A stretch of DNA of 31,136 nt, taken from positions 1 through 31,136 of the IMG/VR virus record IMGVR_UViG_3300005805_000302; one strand, given 5' to 3'. This document shows positions 1-8,009 of this stretch, piece by piece. Position numbers and translations under genes: made by a program. Numbering within the stretch: position 1 is the first letter of the stretch; each line of letters starts with the position of its first letter. Under the pieces are notes generated by a model. The model was not told where the DNA came from. It saw only the letters and a program-made list of their open reading frames with translations, and searched no databases. This DNA is from a virus. Lineage: Duplodnaviria > Caudoviricetes.

Positions 1-1
1 A

Positions 2-49
2 AAGTTGATTGTACCATTTACTAAAGAACTCTTCAACATTATGGGCTAA
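2..49 (+). CDS. 3' tail of an ORF entering from the left edge (KLIVPFTKELFNIMG*), product unknown; possibly encoded by an insertion in the capsid gene
   Basis: Frame 2 is open from the window edge to TAA at 47-49, while frames 1 and 3 stop earlier (TAA 22-24, TGA 6-8). Only 15 codons are visible. Confidence 0.35.
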   Translation, partial: KLIVPFTKELFNIMG

Positions 50-72
50 TCATCTATCCAAACTTACAGTGT

Positions 73-669
73 ATTGACCAAGAAATCCTAGCTTCACTAC
101 GTGGTTTGGCAACAGTAGAAGAAACATATGACCAGTCATTAGTTTCTGGTACAGCAACATTCGTTGGTGACGAGCACGCTGCTCTTGCTATTCAAATCAA
201 CCGCGTAAGCAACTTGATTGCTCAGCGTACACGTCGTGGCGCTGGTAATTGGGCAGTTGTTTCTAACCAAGCTCTTACAATTCTACAGAGCGCGACAACT
301 TCTGCATTTGCTCGCACAACAGAAGGCACATTCGAAGCCCCAACAAATACCAAGTTCGTCGGTACATTAAACGGCGCAATGCGTGTTTATGTTGATGCAT
401 ATATGCCTGATACAACAGCACAGAATGATAACCAAGTTCTAATCGGTTATAAGGGTACAAGCGAAGCTGACGCTGCTGCTTTCTATTGCCCATATATTCC
501 TCTAATGAGCTCTGGTGTTGTTCTAGACCCAGCAACATTTGAGCCAGTAGTTGGCTTCCTAACACGTTACGGATATGTTGAGCTAACAAACACAGCTAGC
601 TCTCTTGGTAACGCTGCTGACTACCTAGGTAAAGTTTCTATTACTACAGCTAACGTTAGCTTTAAGTAA
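73..669 (+). CDS. gp23: Major capsid protein, T4 gp23-like, C-terminal portion only
   Basis: IDQEILASLRGLA (cf. T4 gp23 EINREV), IAQRTRRGAGNW, VGTLNGAMRVYVD, GYKGTSEADAAAFYCPYIPL and DPATFEPVVGFLTRYG are hallmark gp23 motifs. Similarity extends upstream of the track's TTG at 106 to nt 73, but the frame has a stop at 22-24. Confidence 0.93.
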   Translation: MDQEILASLRGLATVEETYDQSLVSGTATFVGDEHAALAIQINRVSNLIAQRTRRGAGNWAVVSNQALTILQSATTSAFARTTEGTFEAPTNTKFVGTLNGAMRVYVDAYMPDTTAQNDNQVLIGYKGTSEADAAAFYCPYIPLMSSGVVLDPATFEPVVGFLTRYGYVELTNTASSLGNAADYLGKVSITTANVSFK

Positions 670-698
670 TTGTAACAGTTGCTTCAAGGAGACACAAG

Positions 699-721
699 AA
701 ACCCGCTTAGGCGGGTTTTTT
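699..721 (+). terminator. Rho-independent terminator after the capsid gene
   Basis: aaacccgc-ttag-gcgggttt hairpin followed by a T run. Confidence 0.9.
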
Positions 722-723
722 GT

Positions 724-729
724 TAAATA
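724..729 (+). promoter_or_regulatory. T4-type late promoter box (TAAATA)
   Basis: TAAATA (core of the T4 late TATAAATA) directly after the terminator; recurs upstream of many structural genes here. Confidence 0.7.
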
Positions 730-799
730 TACAGTCAAGATATTATGCGGTACCCGCCGCGTAGGAGCCTTGAACGCTCATTGAGATAAGGAGAAACAA

Positions 800-1480
800 A
801 TGGGACGTCCGATTAAGAAAAAGTTTTTCGGTAATACAAATATTGCTATTACCGGCGAAGGAGTAGGCGGTGAATCAGTCGCTACTATTGCAAAAAATAA
901 TACAGGTACACAATACTCTACAAGCACAAGTATTGCCTTAAGTTTTACAGCGCCCCAAATTCCTGGAGGTCAAACTGCTAGCGGTAGTGTTACAACTAAT
1001 GCAGGCGGTAATGTTGCTACTGTTACACTAACAGATGGTGGTAGCGGTTATACAAGCGCCCCTACAGCAACAGTAGTTGGTGGAACTACAGGTACAGTTG
1101 CAACATTTACTATAACAATGACAACTAATCGTCAAAATGCTGTAAATGTTACTGCTTACTTATTAGCCAAAGACGGTGGTGTCAGTGCTAAAACAGCTGA
1201 TATTATTAAACAAGAAGCAAGTCATCGTTATCTTGTTCGTACCGCAGACGGTGTAGGCCAGTGTAAACTAGTGGCAAGCAATAGTCCAGGTGCTGGGCAA
1301 ATGTATATCGTTGCAACAGATACTAACGGTAGCACATATTGGGTTACAAAACTAACTGCTCGTCGTGTTATTTTAACACAGCGTAGTATGAGTGGAAGCT
1401 ATCTATTTGCTACAAATGCTCGTGCAGGGTGGACATTAGGTTCAGCAAGTGCAGGTGTTGTGAGCATCGGTAATGCTTAA
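800..1480 (+). CDS. Putative virion structural protein (possible head decoration/appendage)
   Basis: SD AAGGAG; Thr/Gly-rich; VTLTDGGSGYTSAPTATV beta motif typical of T4-like structural proteins; has its own promoter and terminator directly after the capsid gene. Confidence 0.6.
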   Translation: MGRPIKKKFFGNTNIAITGEGVGGESVATIAKNNTGTQYSTSTSIALSFTAPQIPGGQTASGSVTTNAGGNVATVTLTDGGSGYTSAPTATVVGGTTGTVATFTITMTTNRQNAVNVTAYLLAKDGGVSAKTADIIKQEASHRYLVRTADGVGQCKLVASNSPGAGQMYIVATDTNGSTYWVTKLTARRVILTQRSMSGSYLFATNARAGWTLGSASAGVVSIGNA

Positions 1481-1496
1481 TCATATGTAACTATGC

Positions 1497-1522
1497 AAAA
1501 GGGCTCTTAGGAGCCCTTTTTT
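1497..1522 (+). terminator. Rho-independent terminator
   Basis: aaaagggctc-ttag-gagccctttt hairpin plus T run. Confidence 0.9.
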
Positions 1523-1530
1523 ATTTTAGG

Positions 1531-1536
1531 TAAATA
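1531..1536 (+). promoter_or_regulatory. Late promoter box, 5 nt before ATG (leaderless)
   Basis: TAAATA-ctggt-ATG(1542); no SD. Confidence 0.7.
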
Positions 1537-1541
1537 CTGGT

Positions 1542-2066
1542 ATGACTACTAGTTGGACCTTGCCTAATACTATTTTACAATACTCAGAACCGGGAGCAGA
1601 ACAAGCTCATGTGTCGTGGGATGATTCAGATAATTTTAATCAACTACGAAACTCAGATGGAAGGTTTTTGCAATCTAATAGTTACTTAGAACACATCGCA
1701 AGAAGTCCTAAAACTGATATTAAAAATAAAACTTACTTTCTTAAGTTAACAAACTTTAACTTCAGTCAACTGCCAGATTCGATTAGTGGTATTGAAGTGA
1801 GATTACGAGCCAGACGATATGGTCGTGCTACAGATGACACTATTCAACTCTTACTTAACGACGAAGTTTTAGGGGACAATAAAGCAACTTTATCTATTAA
1901 CCCAGAAAAGATCTATGGAGGTACATCCGATATATGGGGAAGTAGTTTAACATTAGCAGATATAACTGATTCAAGTTTTGGAATATTGATAAGATTTAAA
2001 AGTCATCCAGATTGGCCTCATAGAGATCCTATTCTTGTAGACTCAGTTGAAATGCGAATACACTAA
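1542..2066 (+). CDS. Hypothetical late protein, probably beta-rich
   Basis: 174-aa ORF filling the space between two late promoters; no recognisable family. Confidence 0.7.
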   Translation: MTTSWTLPNTILQYSEPGAEQAHVSWDDSDNFNQLRNSDGRFLQSNSYLEHIARSPKTDIKNKTYFLKLTNFNFSQLPDSISGIEVRLRARRYGRATDDTIQLLLNDEVLGDNKATLSINPEKIYGGTSDIWGSSLTLADITDSSFGILIRFKSHPDWPHRDPILVDSVEMRIH

Positions 2067-2071
2067 TCTAA

Positions 2072-2077
2072 TAAATA
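2072..2077 (+). promoter_or_regulatory. Late promoter box for the fibre operon
   Basis: aTAAATA upstream of AAGGA SD and ATG 2094. Confidence 0.7.
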
Positions 2078-2093
2078 CTCTAAAGGAACGAAT

Positions 2094-5000
2094 ATGGCTC
2101 GCATTACCGGAACAAAAAATATAACTCCTAATACATCTGGTGATCAAACGATTTCAGCTCCCGCCTCTGATGCTAAAATTACACTGAATATCAACAGTAG
2201 TACAGGACAGGTATATATCGGTAATGTTGCAGAACAAACAGCAGCAAACGTAAACAATCCAGCTGGATACGCATATGATCCAGGCGATATATACGGAACT
2301 AGAGCACAAAGAGAAACTGGCGCTGTATTTGTAGAGGGCGGTGTAGGTATTGAAAAAGACCTAAACGTAGGTGGATTTATCTACGGTAGGGTAGCTTTAG
2401 CTAATACCTCTACCGAATTAGTAGTTACTGCCACAAATGATAATCAGTCATATTATCTAACATTTGTTGACAATATAACTAATCCAGGCGGTAAGTTTCT
2501 GCAAGGTGACAATACCGGAGCTGATGGCGGTTTAACGTACAACCCTAGCGAAGGTAAGGTTACAACAGATAAACTTGTTGTAGCAGCTAGCGACAATTCA
2601 ACAGATAAAGATACTGGTGCTCTTGTTGTTCAAGGTGGTGTAGGCATTGAAAAAGATGTTAATATAGGTGACAACTTATTTGTCGAAGAAACTATAGCAT
2701 CAGGTGATCATTTTCCTAACGTAGATAACTTTTACCAAATAGGTGAAGAAACAGCAGTTTGGTCACAGGCATGGGTAAATGATATCTATACAAAGTTATT
2801 AACAAATACTAGCAGTAATATTACATTATCTCCAGGATCTGAACTTACTGAAATCGTAGGTAGTTTAAGAGTCCGTGGTGGAGATAGACCTATAGGAACT
2901 GCGCCAGTAGTTACAAATATTCTTTATGTGACTATGGATGGAAATGATACAAATGATGGTAGAGCACAAGACGCAAGTAGAGCATGTAGAACTATTGGCG
3001 GAGCGTTAAACAGCCCTTACTACCAATCGGGCACACAGATTAGAGTAGCCCCTGGACATTACTTGGAAGATAATCCGTTAACTTTAAAACCGTATACTTC
3101 TATAATGGGCAGTGATTTACGTACTACCAGTATAGAACCTATTAATAAAACACAAGATCTTTTCCATATGAATTCTGGATGTTATCTTGCATTCATGCAG
3201 TTCCTAAATGGTCGAAGCGGATTATTAGAAGGCAACTATGCACCAGGGTTCAACAGAGGTGCTTACTGTACAGCGTTTCCTCCATTAAGTGGTGATGATA
3301 GAATTGACCTATATCATTCACCATATATTCAAAACTGTACTAACCTAAGTGGCCCGTGGTTAAAAGATGGCACCATGTTTGTACCAAATCAAACCGTACA
3401 AATTCCTAGCGCAGTAGGCACAGGAACATGGGTTAAAAATGTTAATACTCTTACAGTATACATTAATAGTGGAACGGTAGCAAGAGGAATGAGAGTAAAT
3501 GCTGGACAACAAAATCCAGGATTTTTCAATGCTAGGACACTATTATTAGCTAATAAACCTTTCCTTCAAGAGCAAGTTATAGAATATATAAGCGATCAAA
3601 TAGCAACAAATATTGCTAATACATCTAGCATATGGTACGGATTTACCTACAGTCAAGAAAAATGCAAACGAGATGTGGCTATTCTTATAGAAAATGTTGC
3701 CTATGACGCTACATTTGGTGGGAATCAAAAATCTATCGAAAGCGGACTAGCTTATTATGACGGAGTTATAAGTTACATTGCAGGACAAGAACTACAAACT
3801 ACAGATGCTATAAACTATCTAAGAGATGCAGCGGTTGATATAGTTCAAAATAATCTGCTTGCAAGTCCCTATCCTGGAAACTATAGTCAAGTTATAAACA
3901 CTGTAATGACTGGCGGAGAAATAAGCACAGCATCTATTGTTAGCCTATTTGGTATTATTACTGATATCATTACAGATGGACCGGATGCAGCACCGGATTT
4001 ATATACAAGTCCAGGACCAGATAGTGCATTTGTTAGTGCAGAAATCTTAATGCAGGCAAACAGAACATTTATTCAAGAAAATGTTTTAAACTATATTAAT
4101 AATGATTTGGCATTTCCTCCCAAAGTTTTAAAATATAACAAAATTAAATGTAAACGTGATGTAGGATTAGTGTTAGATAGTTTAGCCTTAGATATGCTGT
4201 ATCCAACAGCTGACCACAGCCAATCTACATTTGCTGGATTACAATATTATACACAAAACAGTTATGTAGGAACTATTCCGAACGAAATAACAACAACTAC
4301 AGCAGCCATAAGTTATCTTCGTGACTTAGCTGTAAAAATTGTACAAAATATAACTCCATCCGATGACCTAGTGGAACGTTATCAAACAGGAACTGTACAA
4401 ATTACCACATTAGAGCCTGCAAGCAGTGAAGAAGTTGCTGTTATCACTAGAAACTTTAACACAATGTTAGAAATACTAGGTGGAAACTATATTGGATGGT
4501 CTGACAAAATAGTTAGTAATGGTGCGCCTTCTACTCTATTAGGGGTAAGAAACGCTGTTGAACTGCTTAAGGCTAATAAAGAAAATGGTTATTTTGCAGA
4601 CGAAGTCATAGCGTATATTTCAGCAGAACATCCAGCATTTACTTCATATAATACAGCTACTTGTCAGCGTGATGTAGGATATATTATTGATTCTATTTCT
4701 TTTGATTTGTTGCATGGTGGTAATCGACAGAGCGTTCAATCTGGATTGAGCTACTACGGATTTAATGCTACAAGAACTATTAGAGAATCTGAAAAGGCTG
4801 CAACAACCAGTTCGTTCCAATTCATAGCAGATATAGCAAGATATATTATTAAAGGTGAAACTACAACTACCTATCAAACAAATGTAGTTCAGGTAGTTTC
4901 TACAAGCACTGGAACAGACACCGAAGCCAATCTTATCAATATAGCTGCTTCGACTATTACTAATATTATTTGGAATGGCACCGCAACAGTTACTTGGGGA

Positions 5001-7604
5001 TTAAGTCCTATAAGCACAGCTACAGTAACTTCTACCGATGCACTAAATGCGTTTAACTTATTAATGGAAAATAAAAACTTCATTAAAGAAGAAGTAGTGG
5101 CTAGACTGGATACTCTTTATAACTCGGCGTCATTTAACTACAATGAAGATAAGTGCTATAGAGATGTTGGTTTAATTGTTGACGCAGTTAGCCAAGACAT
5201 ATTGTTAGGCGGCAACTATAAAACACTAGAAGCTGGATTGTCTTATTGGAGTAATGGTTACAACTATGTGTCAGGGCAAGTTTCAACAACTACACAGGCA
5301 ATTGAATATGCTAGGGATATATCTTTACAAATCATTGCTAACAATACAGTAACAGTACAATCTGGCACTGTTAGTACACAGGTTATTAATCCATTCTTTA
5401 ACTATGGTTACGAGTATGGTCCTCAAGAAGCAGTTGCTCGTAACTTCGGAATCATAACAGACATAATAACAAACGGTCCAGATGTGGCTCCTCCTAGATT
5501 TATGGGAGGCGGTTTATTCGCTCTGACTGGTATTAATGGAGCAGACGTATTAAATCCTCCTATTGTTACTTCTGTAACTACATTAACAACTGGCACATAC
5601 CTGATAGGACTTAACACAAGCACAGTAGGTTTTGGTAATAATGCTACTTTGTATTTTGGAGAAGTTGTTCCTTATCCTTACCTAGACAGTGAAGTAGATG
5701 AACTTAGTTATGAATTTACAGGTAATACAGGAACTTGGAACGCTCGTAAGATTGACCCTGTTGGTGCTATGGGTGGAAGTTTAGTCGATGGTGCTGTAGT
5801 TAGTGAGCGTAGTCCTATTCAATCTTTTGTTTACGATGCGTTTACGCAGTTGCCTCAGGGTGGAAGGGGTATCTATATTACAAACAATGGATATGCCCAG
5901 TTGGTATCTGTGTTTACAATTTTCTGTTCAGTCGCGGTACAAGTAGATAATGGAGGAATAGCATCTATTACAAACTCAAACAGTAACTTTGGAGATTTAT
6001 GCCTAGTTGCTAAAGGTTATGGAAGCAGAAACTTCAGTGGAACTGTTTTCAATCCTACATATAGAGCTTATCCATTTAGTCCTGTCGGTGTTTCAGGTAG
6101 CGATGAACTAGACCAATATTATCCAAATGGATTCTTCCCTAACAACGGTAGAGTTAATATCTTCACTCCCGATCTTAACGATAGGCCACATATTAGTCAA
6201 GTTATGGAAGTTATACCTCCTGACGGACATGTTAATGAACAAGGATTCCCTGGCTTTCTAAATGCACAACCATCCACTGGAACCTTAACTAGCGGAACCA
6301 TTGTGCTTTCTGGTATAGCTACAGACGATATTGCAGTGGGTAACTTTGTATATATTAGAGATCAGTTCGGTTATGAATATGATAGTTTTTCTTACCTACA
6401 TGATGCTGATGGTAATCCAGTAGATGCCTTAGGAAACATTGTTAGCATAGGGTCTGCACCTCCTAATCCGAATTATCTAAAAAGATATGCAGCAACCGGA
6501 ACTTTTGTTACAGATATTAATTATGATGCAATCAGTCTTAATACTGCTTTAACAAATGGTGGGGGAGATGTTACTAATCCTAACTACTTCACTCTATATT
6601 TTTGCGGTAATGCTTATTATACAGTATTATCTAGCACTCCTGCAGAGTCACCATATGCTCCTAATCAAAATATTCTTGCAGCAAATACCAATACTAACTA
6701 CCAAGGTCCTGCTACTAGCCAGATTAACGAACATTACCTTTCATTGTTACATCTACAAACTTTAGTAGAAGATGTTGTATCTAATACAACTATAACACCT
6801 AGTGTTGGTAATACTACAACAAGTCAAACTATTTTACCTAGTGTTACTAACGGATCTAATGCTATATCATTTATAGATTTAAGATTTGGTATTATAACCA
6901 GTATCCTAACAGCTACTAATGTTACAGCGGCCGAAGCTGTAGTACCGTCAAGGGCAATAACGAAAAAAGGAACTGTAATAACCGGTGCTGGTAGTGCAGT
7001 AACTTTAATTGAAGCTAACTTAGACTTTTTAGCAGAAGAAGTTAGCCAGTTTGTACAAACTGATCCTAGTGTAAATGGAGTTTTCACTGGACTAACACAA
7101 ACTCAAATTGATTTTATTATAACAAAGTGCAAGCGTGATACAAAGATTATTTTACAACGATTAATCTACGATTTGCAAACTGGCGGAACTTATAACAGTG
7201 TGATGACAGGCCTAAGTTATTGGTCAAGGCCTGGTACGCATCATATTGTTGAACTAGCAGAAGCAGTTAGAGATACAACATTATTCCCAGATGGCGCAAC
7301 TGTTAACTTCTATCAACGCAGCTACATAAGTGCTAGTGGTTATCTATTTGAATATGTAGGTGCAGGAACTAACTATGGAAGTTTACCACAACGAGGTAAA
7401 GCAGATCCTGTTCAGGGCAAAGAAGTTGTAATGTTGAATAATGGGAAAGTATTCTACACCAGTACAGACCAAAACGGCGACTTTAGGATTGGACCGGGAC
7501 TGACAATAAGTCAGGCTACAGGTATTTTAAGTGGTAGAGTATTTGTTCAATCTCTATATGGAAATTTAACTCCATTCATTCTTGCTATTGAAGGTGGAGG
7601 ATAA
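2094..7604 (+). CDS. Large virion structural/fibre protein with pectin-lyase-like beta-helix segments and five C-x-R-D helical repeats
   Basis: N-terminal TGALVVQGGVGI fibre motifs; ILYVTMDGNDTNDG...RTIGGAL...IRVAPGHYLE beta-helix cap motif; SPYIQNCTN and C-terminal VFYTSTDQNGDFRIG motifs recalled from giant T4-like structural proteins. Confidence 0.75.
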   Translation: MARITGTKNITPNTSGDQTISAPASDAKITLNINSSTGQVYIGNVAEQTAANVNNPAGYAYDPGDIYGTRAQRETGAVFVEGGVGIEKDLNVGGFIYGRVALANTSTELVVTATNDNQSYYLTFVDNITNPGGKFLQGDNTGADGGLTYNPSEGKVTTDKLVVAASDNSTDKDTGALVVQGGVGIEKDVNIGDNLFVEETIASGDHFPNVDNFYQIGEETAVWSQAWVNDIYTKLLTNTSSNITLSPGSELTEIVGSLRVRGGDRPIGTAPVVTNILYVTMDGNDTNDGRAQDASRACRTIGGALNSPYYQSGTQIRVAPGHYLEDNPLTLKPYTSIMGSDLRTTSIEPINKTQDLFHMNSGCYLAFMQFLNGRSGLLEGNYAPGFNRGAYCTAFPPLSGDDRIDLYHSPYIQNCTNLSGPWLKDGTMFVPNQTVQIPSAVGTGTWVKNVNTLTVYINSGTVARGMRVNAGQQNPGFFNARTLLLANKPFLQEQVIEYISDQIATNIANTSSIWYGFTYSQEKCKRDVAILIENVAYDATFGGNQKSIESGLAYYDGVISYIAGQELQTTDAINYLRDAAVDIVQNNLLASPYPGNYSQVINTVMTGGEISTASIVSLFGIITDIITDGPDAAPDLYTSPGPDSAFVSAEILMQANRTFIQENVLNYINNDLAFPPKVLKYNKIKCKRDVGLVLDSLALDMLYPTADHSQSTFAGLQYYTQNSYVGTIPNEITTTTAAISYLRDLAVKIVQNITPSDDLVERYQTGTVQITTLEPASSEEVAVITRNFNTMLEILGGNYIGWSDKIVSNGAPSTLLGVRNAVELLKANKENGYFADEVIAYISAEHPAFTSYNTATCQRDVGYIIDSISFDLLHGGNRQSVQSGLSYYGFNATRTIRESEKAATTSSFQFIADIARYIIKGETTTTYQTNVVQVVSTSTGTDTEANLINIAASTITNIIWNGTATVTWGLSPISTATVTSTDALNAFNLLMENKNFIKEEVVARLDTLYNSASFNYNEDKCYRDVGLIVDAVSQDILLGGNYKTLEAGLSYWSNGYNYVSGQVSTTTQAIEYARDISLQIIANNTVTVQSGTVSTQVINPFFNYGYEYGPQEAVARNFGIITDIITNGPDVAPPRFMGGGLFALTGINGADVLNPPIVTSVTTLTTGTYLIGLNTSTVGFGNNATLYFGEVVPYPYLDSEVDELSYEFTGNTGTWNARKIDPVGAMGGSLVDGAVVSERSPIQSFVYDAFTQLPQGGRGIYITNNGYAQLVSVFTIFCSVAVQVDNGGIASITNSNSNFGDLCLVAKGYGSRNFSGTVFNPTYRAYPFSPVGVSGSDELDQYYPNGFFPNNGRVNIFTPDLNDRPHISQVMEVIPPDGHVNEQGFPGFLNAQPSTGTLTSGTIVLSGIATDDIAVGNFVYIRDQFGYEYDSFSYLHDADGNPVDALGNIVSIGSAPPNPNYLKRYAATGTFVTDINYDAISLNTALTNGGGDVTNPNYFTLYFCGNAYYTVLSSTPAESPYAPNQNILAANTNTNYQGPATSQINEHYLSLLHLQTLVEDVVSNTTITPSVGNTTTSQTILPSVTNGSNAISFIDLRFGIITSILTATNVTAAEAVVPSRAITKKGTVITGAGSAVTLIEANLDFLAEEVSQFVQTDPSVNGVFTGLTQTQIDFIITKCKRDTKIILQRLIYDLQTGGTYNSVMTGLSYWSRPGTHHIVELAEAVRDTTLFPDGATVNFYQRSYISASGYLFEYVGAGTNYGSLPQRGKADPVQGKEVVMLNNGKVFYTSTDQNGDFRIGPGLTISQATGILSGRVFVQSLYGNLTPFILAIEGGG

Positions 7605-7613
7605 GGATAAAAA

Positions 7614-7997
7614 ATGGCACAATTACCGTTAAACTCGTTTAAAACAAAAACTACGTTGTTAAGTACGTCTACAACTGCCACGGTATATACAGCACCTATT
7701 GGTGTTACATCTATCGTATTGATGGCACAGATTAGTAACTTGACCACACAAACTCAATCTTTTACCTTTATACATCATAGAAATAGGCCTGTACTGGCAG
7801 ATGCACAGGGAAATGGATTTCAGGCTGCTAATACAGACAGTATATTGGTAAAAGACTTTGAGATACCTGTAGCAGATGCAGGAACACCATTGACAGGAAA
7901 AATGATTATTGAAAGTTTAGATAGTGTAAGAGCATATGCGAGCGAGGGTAATGCTTTACAGTTAGTATTGAGCATACTTGAAACAGCGAATACATAA
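7614..7997 (+). CDS. Small virion-associated beta-sandwich protein (hypothetical)
   Basis: SD AAGGA; TVYTAPIGVTSIVLMAQISN motif; lies inside the fibre operon. Confidence 0.65.
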   Translation: MAQLPLNSFKTKTTLLSTSTTATVYTAPIGVTSIVLMAQISNLTTQTQSFTFIHHRNRPVLADAQGNGFQAANTDSILVKDFEIPVADAGTPLTGKMIIESLDSVRAYASEGNALQLVLSILETANT

Positions 7998-8009
7998 TAG
8001 AGAAACAGA

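Noticed and set aside
106-108. TTG at 106 as the true capsid start
   Set aside because: Capsid similarity extends upstream to nt 73, there is no SD, and 187 aa is far too short for gp23
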